Below, piece after piece: positions 40,029-50,321 of a stretch of 64,000 bases of DNA. The stretch is from Peptococcia bacterium (GTDB lineage Bacteria > Bacillota > Peptococcia > DRI-13 > DTU073). Each line of letters begins with the position of its first letter. Position 1 is the stretch's first letter. The notes under the pieces are model-generated. The model was not told the DNA's origin and made no database searches. It saw only the letters and a list, made by a program, of their open reading frames with translations. The stretch is taken from contig JBMNJJ010000009.1 of NCBI GenBank assembly GCA_050951605.1, forward strand, positions 36 through 64,035, in the 5' to 3' direction. The translations under genes and the position numbers were made by a program.

Positions 40029-41952
40029 ATGGCTGAAGAAAGTATCTATAAATATATAAACAAAATGTTAGCTGAAAATCCGGAATTGCCCTATGTTTTT
40101 CAGGATCCATCTGCGGGATGGCGAGATGTTAGCTATGTGTTATGGGAGGACGACTCTGCCCTTTCTCCTTAAAGAAAAACTGGCGACGGAATTGATGGAA
40201 CAGATCGTAATTTGCACTAAAAGGCAAAGAAACACCGAAAAACTTCGTCGCATGCTTGTGAAAAAGCCAATTTTCTTGTACCTAACAAAGTTAAATAGCC
40301 GTATGAAGCTTTATTTAGCGGAAAAGTTAATTGCTGAAAAACAACTGTATTCTTTGGGCATAAAACTGGCAACACAAAGTAGGATAGGGGAAGAAGTAAA
40401 ACTAGGCATGCTCATGCTTGGTTTTTTCGAAAATGATATAGTGAGGCAAATCATGAAAACACTAGGTTCCCATAGTGAATTAACTCTTTATGCAGTGGAG
40501 GCCTCTAAAAATTTTAGAAATCAAAACGCGTTCCTTTTTGAATTATTACAAAATACACGCGGTTTTGGGAAATTGATTGCTCTGACCTTGTTTGAACCGG
40601 TTAAGCCGGAACAAAAAAAGTGGCTATTTGAGTATGGAGCAATTAATGACGTAGTTCCTAATCTGTCCGCGATTATGTGTCTTGAAAAAACAGACATGGC
40701 AGCATTTTATCAGAATTTAACGTTGACTAAAGAGACTTTTCCCCAGTTGTCTTATTTACTGGCATACGCTTTAGAGTATAATGTTATAAAAAGATTTGAG
40801 CAGAGCTTAGTTCTTGTGGAAAAATATTTGCAAGATTTTTCTACATATGCGAAGTCGTTTCTTGATTTGGCGGGAGTGGTAATGATTAGTAAGAGATTGG
40901 CTTCTTATGAGCAGGGAGATATTGAAGGGGGAAATGGTTGGTCGTATAATAAGCAAAAGCACTTTAGCAATCTTTGTCAGGAAATAATCAAACAGCCTAA
41001 ATGGGGGAACATTGCCTTACTGGAATTAAGTAGGCCACAAGAGCAAACAAGTCTTATTGTCTCAACATTAGTAGAATTAAAAATGGCACCCTCTTTTGGG
41101 GAGTTTATTCCTTTATTGCAAAGGGATTTGTTTGACTTGAACCTTTTAGAATATTTTCTCGTTGTACATCCACAGGCTTATTTAAGAGATGTTTTTATGT
41201 ATCTGTATCATGTCTTGCCGGAGGCAGTTTTAAGTGAAGAGCCACAGGAAATAGTGGAAGATGAGGTAGAAGGTAAATACAAACCTGATATTTGGCTTGT
41301 TTTTTTACTTAAAGCCTTACGCCGAGCCAAGAAGAATGAAGAGGATTTGTTTATTTGTTGTTTAACGGCTCGTTTCCCGGATGTGCGCAGAGAGGCCATC
41401 CAGGCTTTACGTGTGTTTAAAACGGAATGGAGTGCTGAGGTTATTCCGGCCTTGGAGCAGGCTTATGAAAAAGAACCGGTAAAAGGTATCAGGAAGCGAT
41501 TGCTGCGTTTAATGGGTAGAAAAAACAAGGGGAGGGAGAAGGAACAACGCTATTTAGATATTTCCGAAAATAAGGTTGTTCCATCTCCATTTGATATTTG
41601 TATCCTTAAGACAAAGATAGCGGGCACTTTTTTCCGTGACTTGTTGGTCGTAGAAGGTCAAGTCGAGGTAGGTGATATTCTCTATCTTGTGCGTGAACCG
41701 GAAAACAAGTATGACTCCAAGGCGATAATAGTAACAACTGAGGATGGTTATGTCATAGGGTATGTACCTAAAGTTGATAATAAAATGCCGGCCTCACTGC
41801 TGGATGATGGTGAAAAGTTATATGCAGTTTTACTTAGCGATAATTTAGAGCAGGGGAAACCGGAGATTAAAATTATGTTAAGTAAAAAGCCTCAACAGGT
41901 AGGGAAAATTATCCAATTTCCTTTCTTAGATGATAATGTGCGCTATAAATAA
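40029..41952 (+). CDS. Helical-repeat protein with C-terminal HIRAN domain; probable frameshift near the 5' end
   Basis: IAGT.F, L.LVREPENKYD.KAI, IGYVPK HIRAN motif; HEAT-like VRREAIQAL; RBS and ATG at 40029 out of frame with ORF 40093. Confidence 0.75.
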
Positions 41953-42152
41953 AAGTTTTTTACTGGGTATCGGGGAGGTTTATAGCTTAAAAAACACTTA
42001 TTAAAAAATAAAACGATTATAGAAAAGGAATATGCCGGAAAATATTGTGATCTAGATGTGTTCACTATAAAGCTCCATTACCTTACTTAGGGGAAACAAT
42101 CCTGGCAGTAAGGAGATTAATTTAAAGCTAAAAGAGAAAGGATGTTGTAATT

Positions 42153-43580
42153 ATGACCAATAAGTTAATTAAAAAAAGGGCATTCTGGCTTGTATTTATT
42201 TTGATTTTGCTTATTCTGGGAACAATGCTATATTTCAAAAAACAATCTCCTCCTAGCGAAAACGGTTTGCCTGCTCAAAAGAGTGTTGTAGATGGACAAG
42301 TTAAGCAAAATAAAAATGAGAGCAATCTGGGAGAGACGGAAGAAAATAATTCTGAGCAAGGAATAGTCCGCAAAAATCCATTTGATGCTTCCGAAATTAA
42401 TATTATGGATAAGGTTTGTGGTTTAACTTTAATTGATAAGAAAATAAGTAAGAGAAACGAAGTATATCAACTTGATTTCACTGGTGAAGTAAAAGTTAGC
42501 GGAACTTATGAACATTGGGGAGAAGCAGGACTTATGACGCCATGTATTTCCTTTTATCCCGATAATGATTCCGTAAACTTACTGCCTAAGGTTAATGATG
42601 ATGATAGAATAGTTTGGTTTAATCTAAATGATTATAATAAGATTAAAGGGGGTTTTAGTGAAGCAAAAAGTTCCGGTAAGGCAACAATCGTTATTGATAA
42701 CTATATTATTAATTTGAGAGAAGGGGCAACTAGTAATACTGCTGATTTAATTAAAATATTAGGGATCGAAGCTAATTCTGTTGAAGCTACTATAGCGGAA
42801 AGGTTAAAAAAACATGCTAAGGAAAATGTGGTAAAGGTATTTTACGATGACTTTGATGGTGATGGTGTTAAAGAGGCTTTTGTTTTAACCGGAGAATTGA
42901 CAAACAAGCAAGATGAGTGTAGCTGGAGTGAGGGTAAAGTATGGTTTGTCGGTCAATTTTATGAAATGGTACAAGATGGATTATTCACGCATTTTTCTTT
43001 TGAACCAAGTATAATAACGCTTGACGATATAAAATTACTACATGTGCCTAAAGAATATGCTACAGGTTGTCATTCATTTTTGTTTGGTGTTGTAAAAGAA
43101 GAGCCCTATACATATTTTGATTATGAAAAGGGTTATATATACGAGGAAAATGGCAGCTTGTTATTAAATAATGATGCTTATGATGCTTATTATGAAGCTG
43201 ATACGGGAATGTTTGTGGGACACACATATAAAGACTATTATTTGTATTGCGAAAAAGATGATGATAATTTTAAGGGATTTCGTGAATACGGAGCTGTGGA
43301 AATTTCGCTGGAACAGTTTCTCAAATTTAAAGGGGCTCAAGATATGCTTGAGCAAATAAAGGCTATTAATAACAATGCGGAAATTACTAATATTTTATAT
43401 CGTGAAAACGAGGTAATTAATCTAAATTACATTATCCGGGATGATTTAGGGTATGCACAAAAAAACGCAACTGTAAATTATAATGATAAAGAAGTTTATA
43501 ATTTTATAGCCGGTGATGGGAAATATGAAAAGGCAATTATTCCCGAGATTGCATCATATCCTATTTTTAAGGAGCCATGA
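42153..43580 (+). CDS. Membrane-anchored hypothetical extracellular protein
   Basis: N-terminal TM helix; DFDGDG Ca-binding-like motif. Confidence 0.65.
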   Translation: MTNKLIKKRAFWLVFILILLILGTMLYFKKQSPPSENGLPAQKSVVDGQVKQNKNESNLGETEENNSEQGIVRKNPFDASEINIMDKVCGLTLIDKKISKRNEVYQLDFTGEVKVSGTYEHWGEAGLMTPCISFYPDNDSVNLLPKVNDDDRIVWFNLNDYNKIKGGFSEAKSSGKATIVIDNYIINLREGATSNTADLIKILGIEANSVEATIAERLKKHAKENVVKVFYDDFDGDGVKEAFVLTGELTNKQDECSWSEGKVWFVGQFYEMVQDGLFTHFSFEPSIITLDDIKLLHVPKEYATGCHSFLFGVVKEEPYTYFDYEKGYIYEENGSLLLNNDAYDAYYEADTGMFVGHTYKDYYLYCEKDDDNFKGFREYGAVEISLEQFLKFKGAQDMLEQIKAINNNAEITNILYRENEVINLNYIIRDDLGYAQKNATVNYNDKEVYNFIAGDGKYEKAIIPEIASYPIFKEP

Positions 43581-43678
43581 CAAAGATGGTTGAATTTGAT
43601 AATGACTGGGATGAACTGTTGCCAGATGAATTCAAGAAAGAATATTATTTGAAATTAAGGTAGTTTTTGATTAAAGAA
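43577..43678 (+). repeat. Degenerate copy of the first ~100 bp of ung
   Basis: Matches 44856-44957, with a CAG->TAG stop. Confidence 0.9.
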
Positions 43679-43704
43679 AATACTAAAGTTGGAGGTAGCA
43701 GTAT

Positions 43705-44060
43705 ATGCGGCTTTTATTTTCAAGGGGAGCCGTTACCACAGCTAGAAGCGGCTCATCAGTTTAATAGGTACCTGTGAGGCGAACTGCAAGTTTTTTAGCA
43801 CCTATGGGGACACCTTTTAGGCAAGAGGTTTGGAAGACATTGCGTAAAATTCCTTATAGTAAAACGGCTACATATAAGCAGATCGCTGAAAAAATAGGGC
43901 GACCGAAGGCAGCGCGTGTAGTCGGTCTAGCCTGTAGGCAGAATCCCAATCCGTTTTTTATTCCTTGTCATCGTGTGGTGGGCCGTAATGGTGATCCTAC
44001 CGGGTATCGGGGAGGCTAGAGCTTAAAAAACACTTATTATTGTTGGAAGAGAGGCAAGGA
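43705..44060 (+). pseudogene. ogt: O6-methylguanine-DNA methyltransferase remnant
   Basis: GTPF...VW..L..IPY, AAR.VG, PCHRV, GYRGG then premature stop; N-terminus eroded. Confidence 0.8.
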
Positions 44061-44303
44061 ATTTGTTGATTCAATGCACGAAAGCCTTGCTGGATAAAAG
44101 AAATGAAAATTGAGTCCGGAAAAGATAAACAATCGACTTAGGCATTCTTTAAGTTGGTATAGTTATAATATATAATCAAATGGTAAAGATGGTTATAGTA
44201 CGGTTTATTGCCGAAAGGGTAATGGAATCACATAAAGAAATCCTACGTCTTTTGCAGATACTGTTTCCTGGCTAGAAAATGAAGAAAGGGGCAATTTACG
44301 TAA

Positions 44304-44849
44304 ATGAAATTTCTTTTTGTTTCAGATATACATGGTTCACTTTATTATACAAAGAAAGTCTTAGAAGTTTATCAAAAGGAGCAAGCTGATTATCTTGTAC
44401 TGTTAGGGGATGAATTATATCATGGTGCCAGAAATCCTTTGCCTCGAGAATATAACCCTCAAGAAGTGGCCCGGTTGCTTAATAAATATGCTGATAGAAT
44501 TATTGCCGTAAGGGGAAATTGTGATAGTGAAGTTGATCAAATGGTACTTACTTTTCCCATCATGGCTTCTTACTCTAATGTTTTGCATGAAAGGAAACGT
44601 TTGTTTTTAACACATGGTCATCATTATAATGATGATAATTTACCCCCATTGAGTAAGGGGGATGTTTTCATTTTCGGACATACCCATTTACCTAAAGCAG
44701 AGAAAAAAGAAGGCTTATTTATGATTAATCCAGGTTCAATTGCTTTACCTAAGGAAAACAATCCTAATACATATGGTATTTTAGAGAAAGGTGTTTTCAG
44801 AATTAAGGATTTAGCGGGGAATATCTGTAATGAGCTTAATTTGTCTTAA
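44304..44849 (+). CDS. yfcE: YfcE-type phosphodiesterase
   Basis: SDIHGS, LGD.LYHG.RN, RGNCDSEVD, THGH, GHTH, NPGS. Confidence 0.92.
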   Translation: MKFLFVSDIHGSLYYTKKVLEVYQKEQADYLVLLGDELYHGARNPLPREYNPQEVARLLNKYADRIIAVRGNCDSEVDQMVLTFPIMASYSNVLHERKRLFLTHGHHYNDDNLPPLSKGDVFIFGHTHLPKAEKKEGLFMINPGSIALPKENNPNTYGILEKGVFRIKDLAGNICNELNLS

Positions 44850-44855
44850 GGGAAG

Positions 44856-45539
44856 GTGACAGATATGGTTAAATTTGACAATGACTGGGATGAATTATTG
44901 CCAGATGAATTCAAGAAAGAATATTATTTAAAATTAAGGCAGTTTTTGATTAAAGAATACCAAACTAAAATTATTTATCCTGATATGTACAGTATTTTTG
45001 CAGCGTTAAAATTAACGGCATATCAAGATGTTAAAGTAGTACTTTTAGGGCAGGACCCTTATCACGGAAAAAACCAAGCACATGGCTTGGCTTTTTCTGT
45101 ACAAAAGGGAGTAGTGATTCCTCCTTCTTTGCTTAATATTTACAAGGAGTTGGCTACTGACTTAAATTGCTACATACCTAATAATGGTTATTTAGTTCCT
45201 TGGGCTAAACAAGGTGTGTTACTTTTAAACACTAGTTTAACTGTTAGGGCTAATTCAGCTAATTCACATCGCAATAAAGGATGGGAAATATTTACTGATG
45301 CTGTAATCAAATTATTAAATAAAAAAGATACTCCCATTGTTTTTTTCTTATGGGGGAATAATGCTAAATCTAAAATAAAATATATCACTAATCGGAGGCA
45401 CTTGGTTTTGACAGCAACACATCCGAGCCCCTTTTCGGCAGATAAAGGTTTTTTCGGTTGTCGTCATTTTTCTAAAGCCAATCAATTTTTAAAAGAAAAT
45501 GGACAGAAGGAAATTGATTGGCAAATTCCCAATATCTGA
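44856..45539 (+). CDS. ung: Uracil-DNA glycosylase family 1
   Basis: GQDPYH, PPSL.NI, GVLLLN, HPSP. Confidence 0.96.
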   Translation: MTDMVKFDNDWDELLPDEFKKEYYLKLRQFLIKEYQTKIIYPDMYSIFAALKLTAYQDVKVVLLGQDPYHGKNQAHGLAFSVQKGVVIPPSLLNIYKELATDLNCYIPNNGYLVPWAKQGVLLLNTSLTVRANSANSHRNKGWEIFTDAVIKLLNKKDTPIVFFLWGNNAKSKIKYITNRRHLVLTATHPSPFSADKGFFGCRHFSKANQFLKENGQKEIDWQIPNI

Positions 45540-45548
45540 TAAGGATTT

Positions 45549-45947
45549 TTAATATTTGTGAAAAGAGAAGATGGTAATATATTTAGAAAGTGTAAAAAGG
45601 TTTAATGTGTGATATATACCAATAACAAAAAGAATAGCCACAACAACCTGTGTGCTACGATAGGCAAAGTAAAAGTTTTTCTTGGCTACCCAATGTACAA
45701 TTATAATAAACAGAGCTAAAGTTCCTAACTTATAACTAATCACAGCGGTGGGGCTAATTAGAAATAACCGCTGTAGGAAAGGATTTAATTCTATTTCATA
45801 ACCAAAATATTGGGTTAACCATAATGTTACCCCAAGGTCCCAGATATTTAAAAAACATAAAGTAAAAAGCAAGCAATAGAGGCTTTTTTGTTTTTTTAAG
45901 GGTATTTCCGATTTTGTTTTGATAAAAAATAATAATCTAAGTAACAT
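45549..45947 (-). CDS. DUF5658-like membrane protein
   Basis: LN..D...T, E.NP, K motif within hydrophobic helices. Confidence 0.6.
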   Translation of the reverse strand: MLLRLLFFIKTKSEIPLKKQKSLYCLLFTLCFLNIWDLGVTLWLTQYFGYEIELNPFLQRLFLISPTAVISYKLGTLALFIIIVHWVAKKNFYFAYRSTQVVVAILFVIGIYHTLNLFTLSKYITIFSFHKY

Positions 45948-46007
45948 ATAGTAGTAGTATATGTTACTTAGCGTTCTGTTATTCTACGCAAAAGAAAGGT
46001 TGATTAG

Positions 46008-46544
46008 ATGCGTTTATTTATTGCCATTAATTTTAATAAGGAGATTAAAAATAGTCTTTATGAGAACATCAAAAGACTTAAATCATATGCGAATCAAGGC
46101 AATTTTACTCCTCCGGAGAATTTACACTTAACCTTGGTTTTCTTGGGTGAAGTTGTTCCGGATAAAGTGAGCAGAATAAAGCAGGTCATGGATAAAGTTA
46201 TTGCGGAGCCTTTTGCATTAACTATTAGTAACCTGGGGCGTTTCGAACGTCGTGAAGGGGATATCTACTGGTTGGGAATAGAGAAAAGTACAACACTGCT
46301 TAGTATCTATAATCAGCTGAGTAAGAACCTTATCCAAGCAGGGTTTCCTCTAGAGAAACGAGAATATAAGCCACATTTAACTCTTGGTAGAAGGGTTATC
46401 CTTAAGCAACAGTTTAATAAAGCAGAGTTTGACCAAAATATGCAATCTATGAATATAAAAGTAGATAAAATCAGCTTAATGAAGTCTGAACGGATTAAGG
46501 GGAAACTAACCTATACGGAAATTTATGCCAAAAAACTTGAATGA
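46008..46544 (+). CDS. thpR: RNA 2',3'-cyclic phosphodiesterase (2H family)
   Basis: MRLFIA, two HLTL motifs. Confidence 0.92.
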   Translation: MRLFIAINFNKEIKNSLYENIKRLKSYANQGNFTPPENLHLTLVFLGEVVPDKVSRIKQVMDKVIAEPFALTISNLGRFERREGDIYWLGIEKSTTLLSIYNQLSKNLIQAGFPLEKREYKPHLTLGRRVILKQQFNKAEFDQNMQSMNIKVDKISLMKSERIKGKLTYTEIYAKKLE

Positions 46545-46580
46545 TAATTTGTGGTCATTGTTGGAGAGCGGGGGAAAAAG

Positions 46581-47216
46581 ATGGAAGGTTTAATGAAAAT
46601 ATATAATTTGCTTTTTGCAGCTTATGGTCCGAGAAAGTGGTGGCCTGCGGAGACTGCTTTTGAAATGATGGTAGGAGCTATTCTTACTCAAAACACAACA
46701 TGGACTAATGTAGAGAAGGCCATAGCTAATTTTGGTGATAAGTTATCACCAAAATTTATAGAAACGGTATCTCTTACAGAACTTGCCCAAATTATTCACT
46801 CCAGTGGGTTTTATAATCAAAAGGCAAACAGCTTAAAAGCTCTTACTAAATGGTTTAAAAAGTATGCGTATAATTTGCAAGAAGCGAAAAAAGTAGATGG
46901 GGAAATTTTGCGAGAGGAGCTATTGGCTGTTAAAGGTGTGGGCCGGGAAACGGCTGATTCAATTTTAACGTATGCTTTAGAGAAATCGTTTTTTATTGTC
47001 GATGCTTATACTAGGCGGATTTTATCTCGTGTTGGTTATAAACTTCCTAAAACTTATGACCAAGTAAGATTAAAAATTGAGGCGAGCATCCCCCAGGACT
47101 TATATATGTATAACGAGTTTCATGCTTTACTTGTCGAACATGCCAAGCGTCATTGTCAAAAGAACCCTCGTTGTGAAGGTTGTCCACTTGGTTGTTTTTG
47201 CGTTGGATATGATTAA
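46581..47216 (+). CDS. HhH-GPD endonuclease III-related protein
   Basis: WWPAE, GAILTQNT.W.NV, GVG.ETAD, VDAY, C..NP.C..CPL...C. Confidence 0.9.
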   Translation: MEGLMKIYNLLFAAYGPRKWWPAETAFEMMVGAILTQNTTWTNVEKAIANFGDKLSPKFIETVSLTELAQIIHSSGFYNQKANSLKALTKWFKKYAYNLQEAKKVDGEILREELLAVKGVGRETADSILTYALEKSFFIVDAYTRRILSRVGYKLPKTYDQVRLKIEASIPQDLYMYNEFHALLVEHAKRHCQKNPRCEGCPLGCFCVGYD

Positions 47217-47376
47217 ATAGGAAAAGTGCTTTGCGATTTTTAGCAATTTACGGTAAACTTATAAGAAATAAGTGATATGGCCTATTAAATAATGAATTAG
47301 ATGACTTCGTTGAGTATATGCATCATATCCATAGATGGTTAAATAATAATTACAAATAAGTAAGGATGAGTTGTGT

Positions 47377-47805
47377 ATGCAAAAAAATATTACTGAGGTA
47401 GAAAAAGTGTTAAATAAATATATAGACAAGTTGGTTAATGATTATGGTATAAAACTTATCTATGTTTTTGGTTCTTATGCTAAAGGAGAAAACAGGGGAA
47501 ATAGTGATTTAGATATAGCTATGTATCTTAAGGGTGAAGTAGATGGACTTATTAAATTAGCTATTTTGGATGAGTTAGTGGGCATCTTTAATAGAGTAGA
47601 TATAGATTTGGTTATTTTAAATAATGTAGATGAAGTATTAAAATTTCAAGTTATAAAGTATGGAAAAGTTATATATATGGAAAATTTGTTAACAAAGGTC
47701 ATGTTTGAATCTAGAGTTATGAGTGAATATATGGATATGGAGCATTTTAGAAAAGTTAGAAATAAGTATACTCATAAGAGATTTTTAGAAGTTATGAAAA
47801 ATTGA
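47377..47805 (+). CDS. MntA-type nucleotidyltransferase antitoxin, no intact cognate HEPN toxin
   Basis: FGSYAKG....SDLDIA, IDLV.LN, YMD. Confidence 0.85.
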   Translation: MQKNITEVEKVLNKYIDKLVNDYGIKLIYVFGSYAKGENRGNSDLDIAMYLKGEVDGLIKLAILDELVGIFNRVDIDLVILNNVDEVLKFQVIKYGKVIYMENLLTKVMFESRVMSEYMDMEHFRKVRNKYTHKRFLEVMKN

Positions 47806-47884
47806 CAAGGAGAAGAAATATGTTAAAATATAGAATATATGGAAGAGTAATGTTAAAGGTTATTGATTTCAATAGCCTTTTTTC
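47802..47884 (+). promoter_or_regulatory. Promoter-leader-hairpin element, copy C (upstream of radC)
   Basis: TTGACA-N16-TAAAAT, atagaatatatggaagag, aaaggttattga-tt-tcaatagcctttttt. Confidence 0.75.
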
Positions 47885-47919
47885 AGTTTTAAACTGAAAA
47901 GGAGCGGGTAGGGAGTAAT

Positions 47920-48603
47920 ATGGGGAAAAATCTACATAAAGGGCATCGCCAAAGAATGCGGACAAGATATATAAAAGAAGGTTTAGATGCGTTTGATGAC
48001 CATCAGGTTTTGGAAATGCTTTTGTTTTACTGTATACCACGTAGGGATACAAATGAGCTTGCTCATAAAATGATTCGTGAATTTGGCTCTTTAGCCAACT
48101 TATTTGAAGCAGTCCCCAAGGATATTGCCAAACGTTGTGGAGTTAGTGAAAATACAGCTGTTTTAGTTTCGTTAATACCTTCTTTATCGCGCAGGTATAA
48201 TCAAAGAAAATGGGGGGATAAGCCTTTTTTGGGCAATTCCACAAATGCAGGTGAATATGCGGTGTCTCTTTTTACCGGTAGAACTTATGAGAATTTTTTT
48301 ATACTTTGTTTAGATGGGCAAAATAAGTTAAATCATGCTGCTTTAGTTAATGAAGGTACAATTAATGAAGCCGCTGTTTATCCGAGAAATATTGTGGAAA
48401 TAGCTTTAAGGCATCAAGCAGCTAAAGTTATACTTGCCCATAATCATCCGGGGGGAAGTTTAAAACCTTCACATGCGGATATAAGAATTACTCAAATAAT
48501 CAAGGATGCCCTCGGTGCTATTTCTATTGATGTAGTGGACCATATTATTGTGGCGGGCGATGAATATTTCAGTTTAGCCGAAAAAGGTTTGTTAGGAAGA
48601 TAG
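47920..48603 (+). CDS. radC: RadC/JAB domain protein
   Basis: GHR.R, LE.LL.Y..PR.DTN, V.PR, AHNHPGG...PS..D, DHIIV. Confidence 0.93.
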   Translation: MGKNLHKGHRQRMRTRYIKEGLDAFDDHQVLEMLLFYCIPRRDTNELAHKMIREFGSLANLFEAVPKDIAKRCGVSENTAVLVSLIPSLSRRYNQRKWGDKPFLGNSTNAGEYAVSLFTGRTYENFFILCLDGQNKLNHAALVNEGTINEAAVYPRNIVEIALRHQAAKVILAHNHPGGSLKPSHADIRITQIIKDALGAISIDVVDHIIVAGDEYFSLAEKGLLGR

Positions 48604-48654
48604 GGGTATGATTAAATCTGGTGTAGTATTTTACGAACAATAACGTTATAATGA

Positions 48655-48964
48655 ATAGCAAAGGAAGTAGAAGCAGAATTGGGAATTAAGAATGTATGAG
48701 TTAAAAATTTCGCCTGAAGCAAAAGATGATTTGGCGGCATTTCTCAGGAACTTTATAATTCGCAGGCAGCTGTGAAATTATGTTCTAAAATTATGAAAAA
48801 AATACGTAGGCTATCAGAGTATCCCGAAATTGGAACGCCATTATCTTCGATAATTGACATTCAAACAGATTATCGTTTTCTTGTCTGTGGAAATTTTTAT
48901 ATCAAGAATTTTATAGGGTAGGCAAGATTATATGCGCATTTTGTTTGGTTATTTATCGGAGTAA
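48655..48964 (+). pseudogene. RelE/ParE toxin remnant preceded by an antitoxin 3' stub
   Basis: MYELKISPEAKDDL, L.EYPEIG, DYRFLVCG across broken frames. Confidence 0.65.
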
Positions 48965-49040
48965 CCACTAAATTTGGTCAATTTTTATCTTAATATTATA
49001 AATATGTATGACTAATTATCAGGATTAGGGGAGAAAAAGT

Positions 49041-50211
49041 ATGCAATTTTCAAAAAGAATGGAACAGTTTGGGGAAAGTATTTTTTCTAATTTATTGGCC
49101 ATAAAAAGGGAGAGATTGAAAAAGGGAGCGCCGGTTATTGACTTAAGTATAGGTGCTCCCAATATTCCACCGGCAAAGCATATTTTAGAAGCTTTATGTA
49201 CAGCTGCTGCCGATGCCCGGAACTATGTTTATGCGGTTAATGACCAAGCTGCTTTATTAGAGGCAGTGTCTTTTTGGTACAAAAAAAGATATGGGGTGGA
49301 TTTAAACCCACAAACAGAGATTTGTTCTTTATTAGGCTCCCAGGAGGGCTTTTACCATATTTCTATGACTATTCTTGATGAGGGTGATTTGGCACTTGTA
49401 CCGGACCCTTGTTATCCTATCTTTGCCGATGGCCCGCGTTTAGCAGGTGCCCAGCTTTATTATCTGCCCCAAAAAAAAGAAAACGACTATGTGCTTCAAT
49501 TACAAGATATTCCGGAAGATATAGCTAGAAAGGCAAAGCTTATGGTTGTATCTTATCCTAATAATCCAACTACAGCTATGGCACCACCTAGTTTTTACAA
49601 AGACTTAATTGCTTTTGCTAAAAAATATGAAATTATCGTTTTACATGATAATGCCTATAGTGATTTAGTGTTTGATGGTCAAAAATGTGGTAGTTTTCTC
49701 TCTTTTCCCGGAGCAAAGGATGTTGGTGTTGAGTTTAATTCTTTGTCTAAAACTTATGGTTTAGCGGGTGCCAGAATTGGTTTCTGTGTTGGCAATGCAG
49801 AGGTGGTCTCTCACCTCAAGATATTAAAATCAAATATTGATTATGGCATGTTTTTACCTTTTCAAAGAGCTGCTATTGCCGCGATTACCGGTAAGCAAAA
49901 TTGTGTGGAGGAAACCAAAAAGGATTATGAAAGGCGAAGAAACGTTCTTTGCGATGGTTTTAATCAGTATTGGCTGGCCGATAGAAAAGCCGCAAGCCAC
50001 CATGTTTGTGTGGGCCATGATTCCGTCTCCTTATCAGAAATCAATGGATTTTGCTTTGGATCTGGTAGAAAAAGCCGGCGTTATAGTAACACCGGGGAGT
50101 GCCTTTGGCCCGTCCGGTGAAGGCCATGTACGTATGGCCTTAGTTCAGGATGAAGAAGTGCTACAAAGGGCGGTTCAAGCAGTTGACGAAAGCGGGATTT
50201 TGCAAGCATAA
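49041..50211 (+). CDS. Class I/II PLP aminotransferase (DapL-like); frameshift ~49965
   Basis: GSQEG, PDP.YP, SYPNNPT, HDNAY, SLSK.YG..G.RIG, TPG.AFG..GEG.VR. Confidence 0.9.
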
Positions 50212-50220
50212 TTTCCCGAA

Positions 50221-50290
50221 TATTGATAAGAGAAAAGCAATACTATAGCAAAAGGCTATTGAAATGTTAAAGATTTCAATAGCCTTTTGC
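50221..50290. terminator. Hairpin repeat family, copy E, in a bidirectional terminator position
   Basis: Perfect 18-bp stem gcaaaaggctattgaaat-gttaaag-atttcaatagccttttgc between convergent genes. Confidence 0.8.
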
Positions 50291-50321
50291 GATGCTGCTA
50301 TTGATTTACGTATAGTTTTGC

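Noticed and set aside
42045-42120. Riboswitch upstream of the 42153 gene
   Set aside because: A possible stem (ccttact..agtaagg) covers an RBS-like sequence, but there is no match to a family I can recognise
44175-44245. c-di-GMP-I riboswitch upstream of yfcE
   Set aside because: Has a GAAA-capped stem (ttattgccgaaagggtaat) but lacks the GCAAA/GACGCAAAG flanks and second stem
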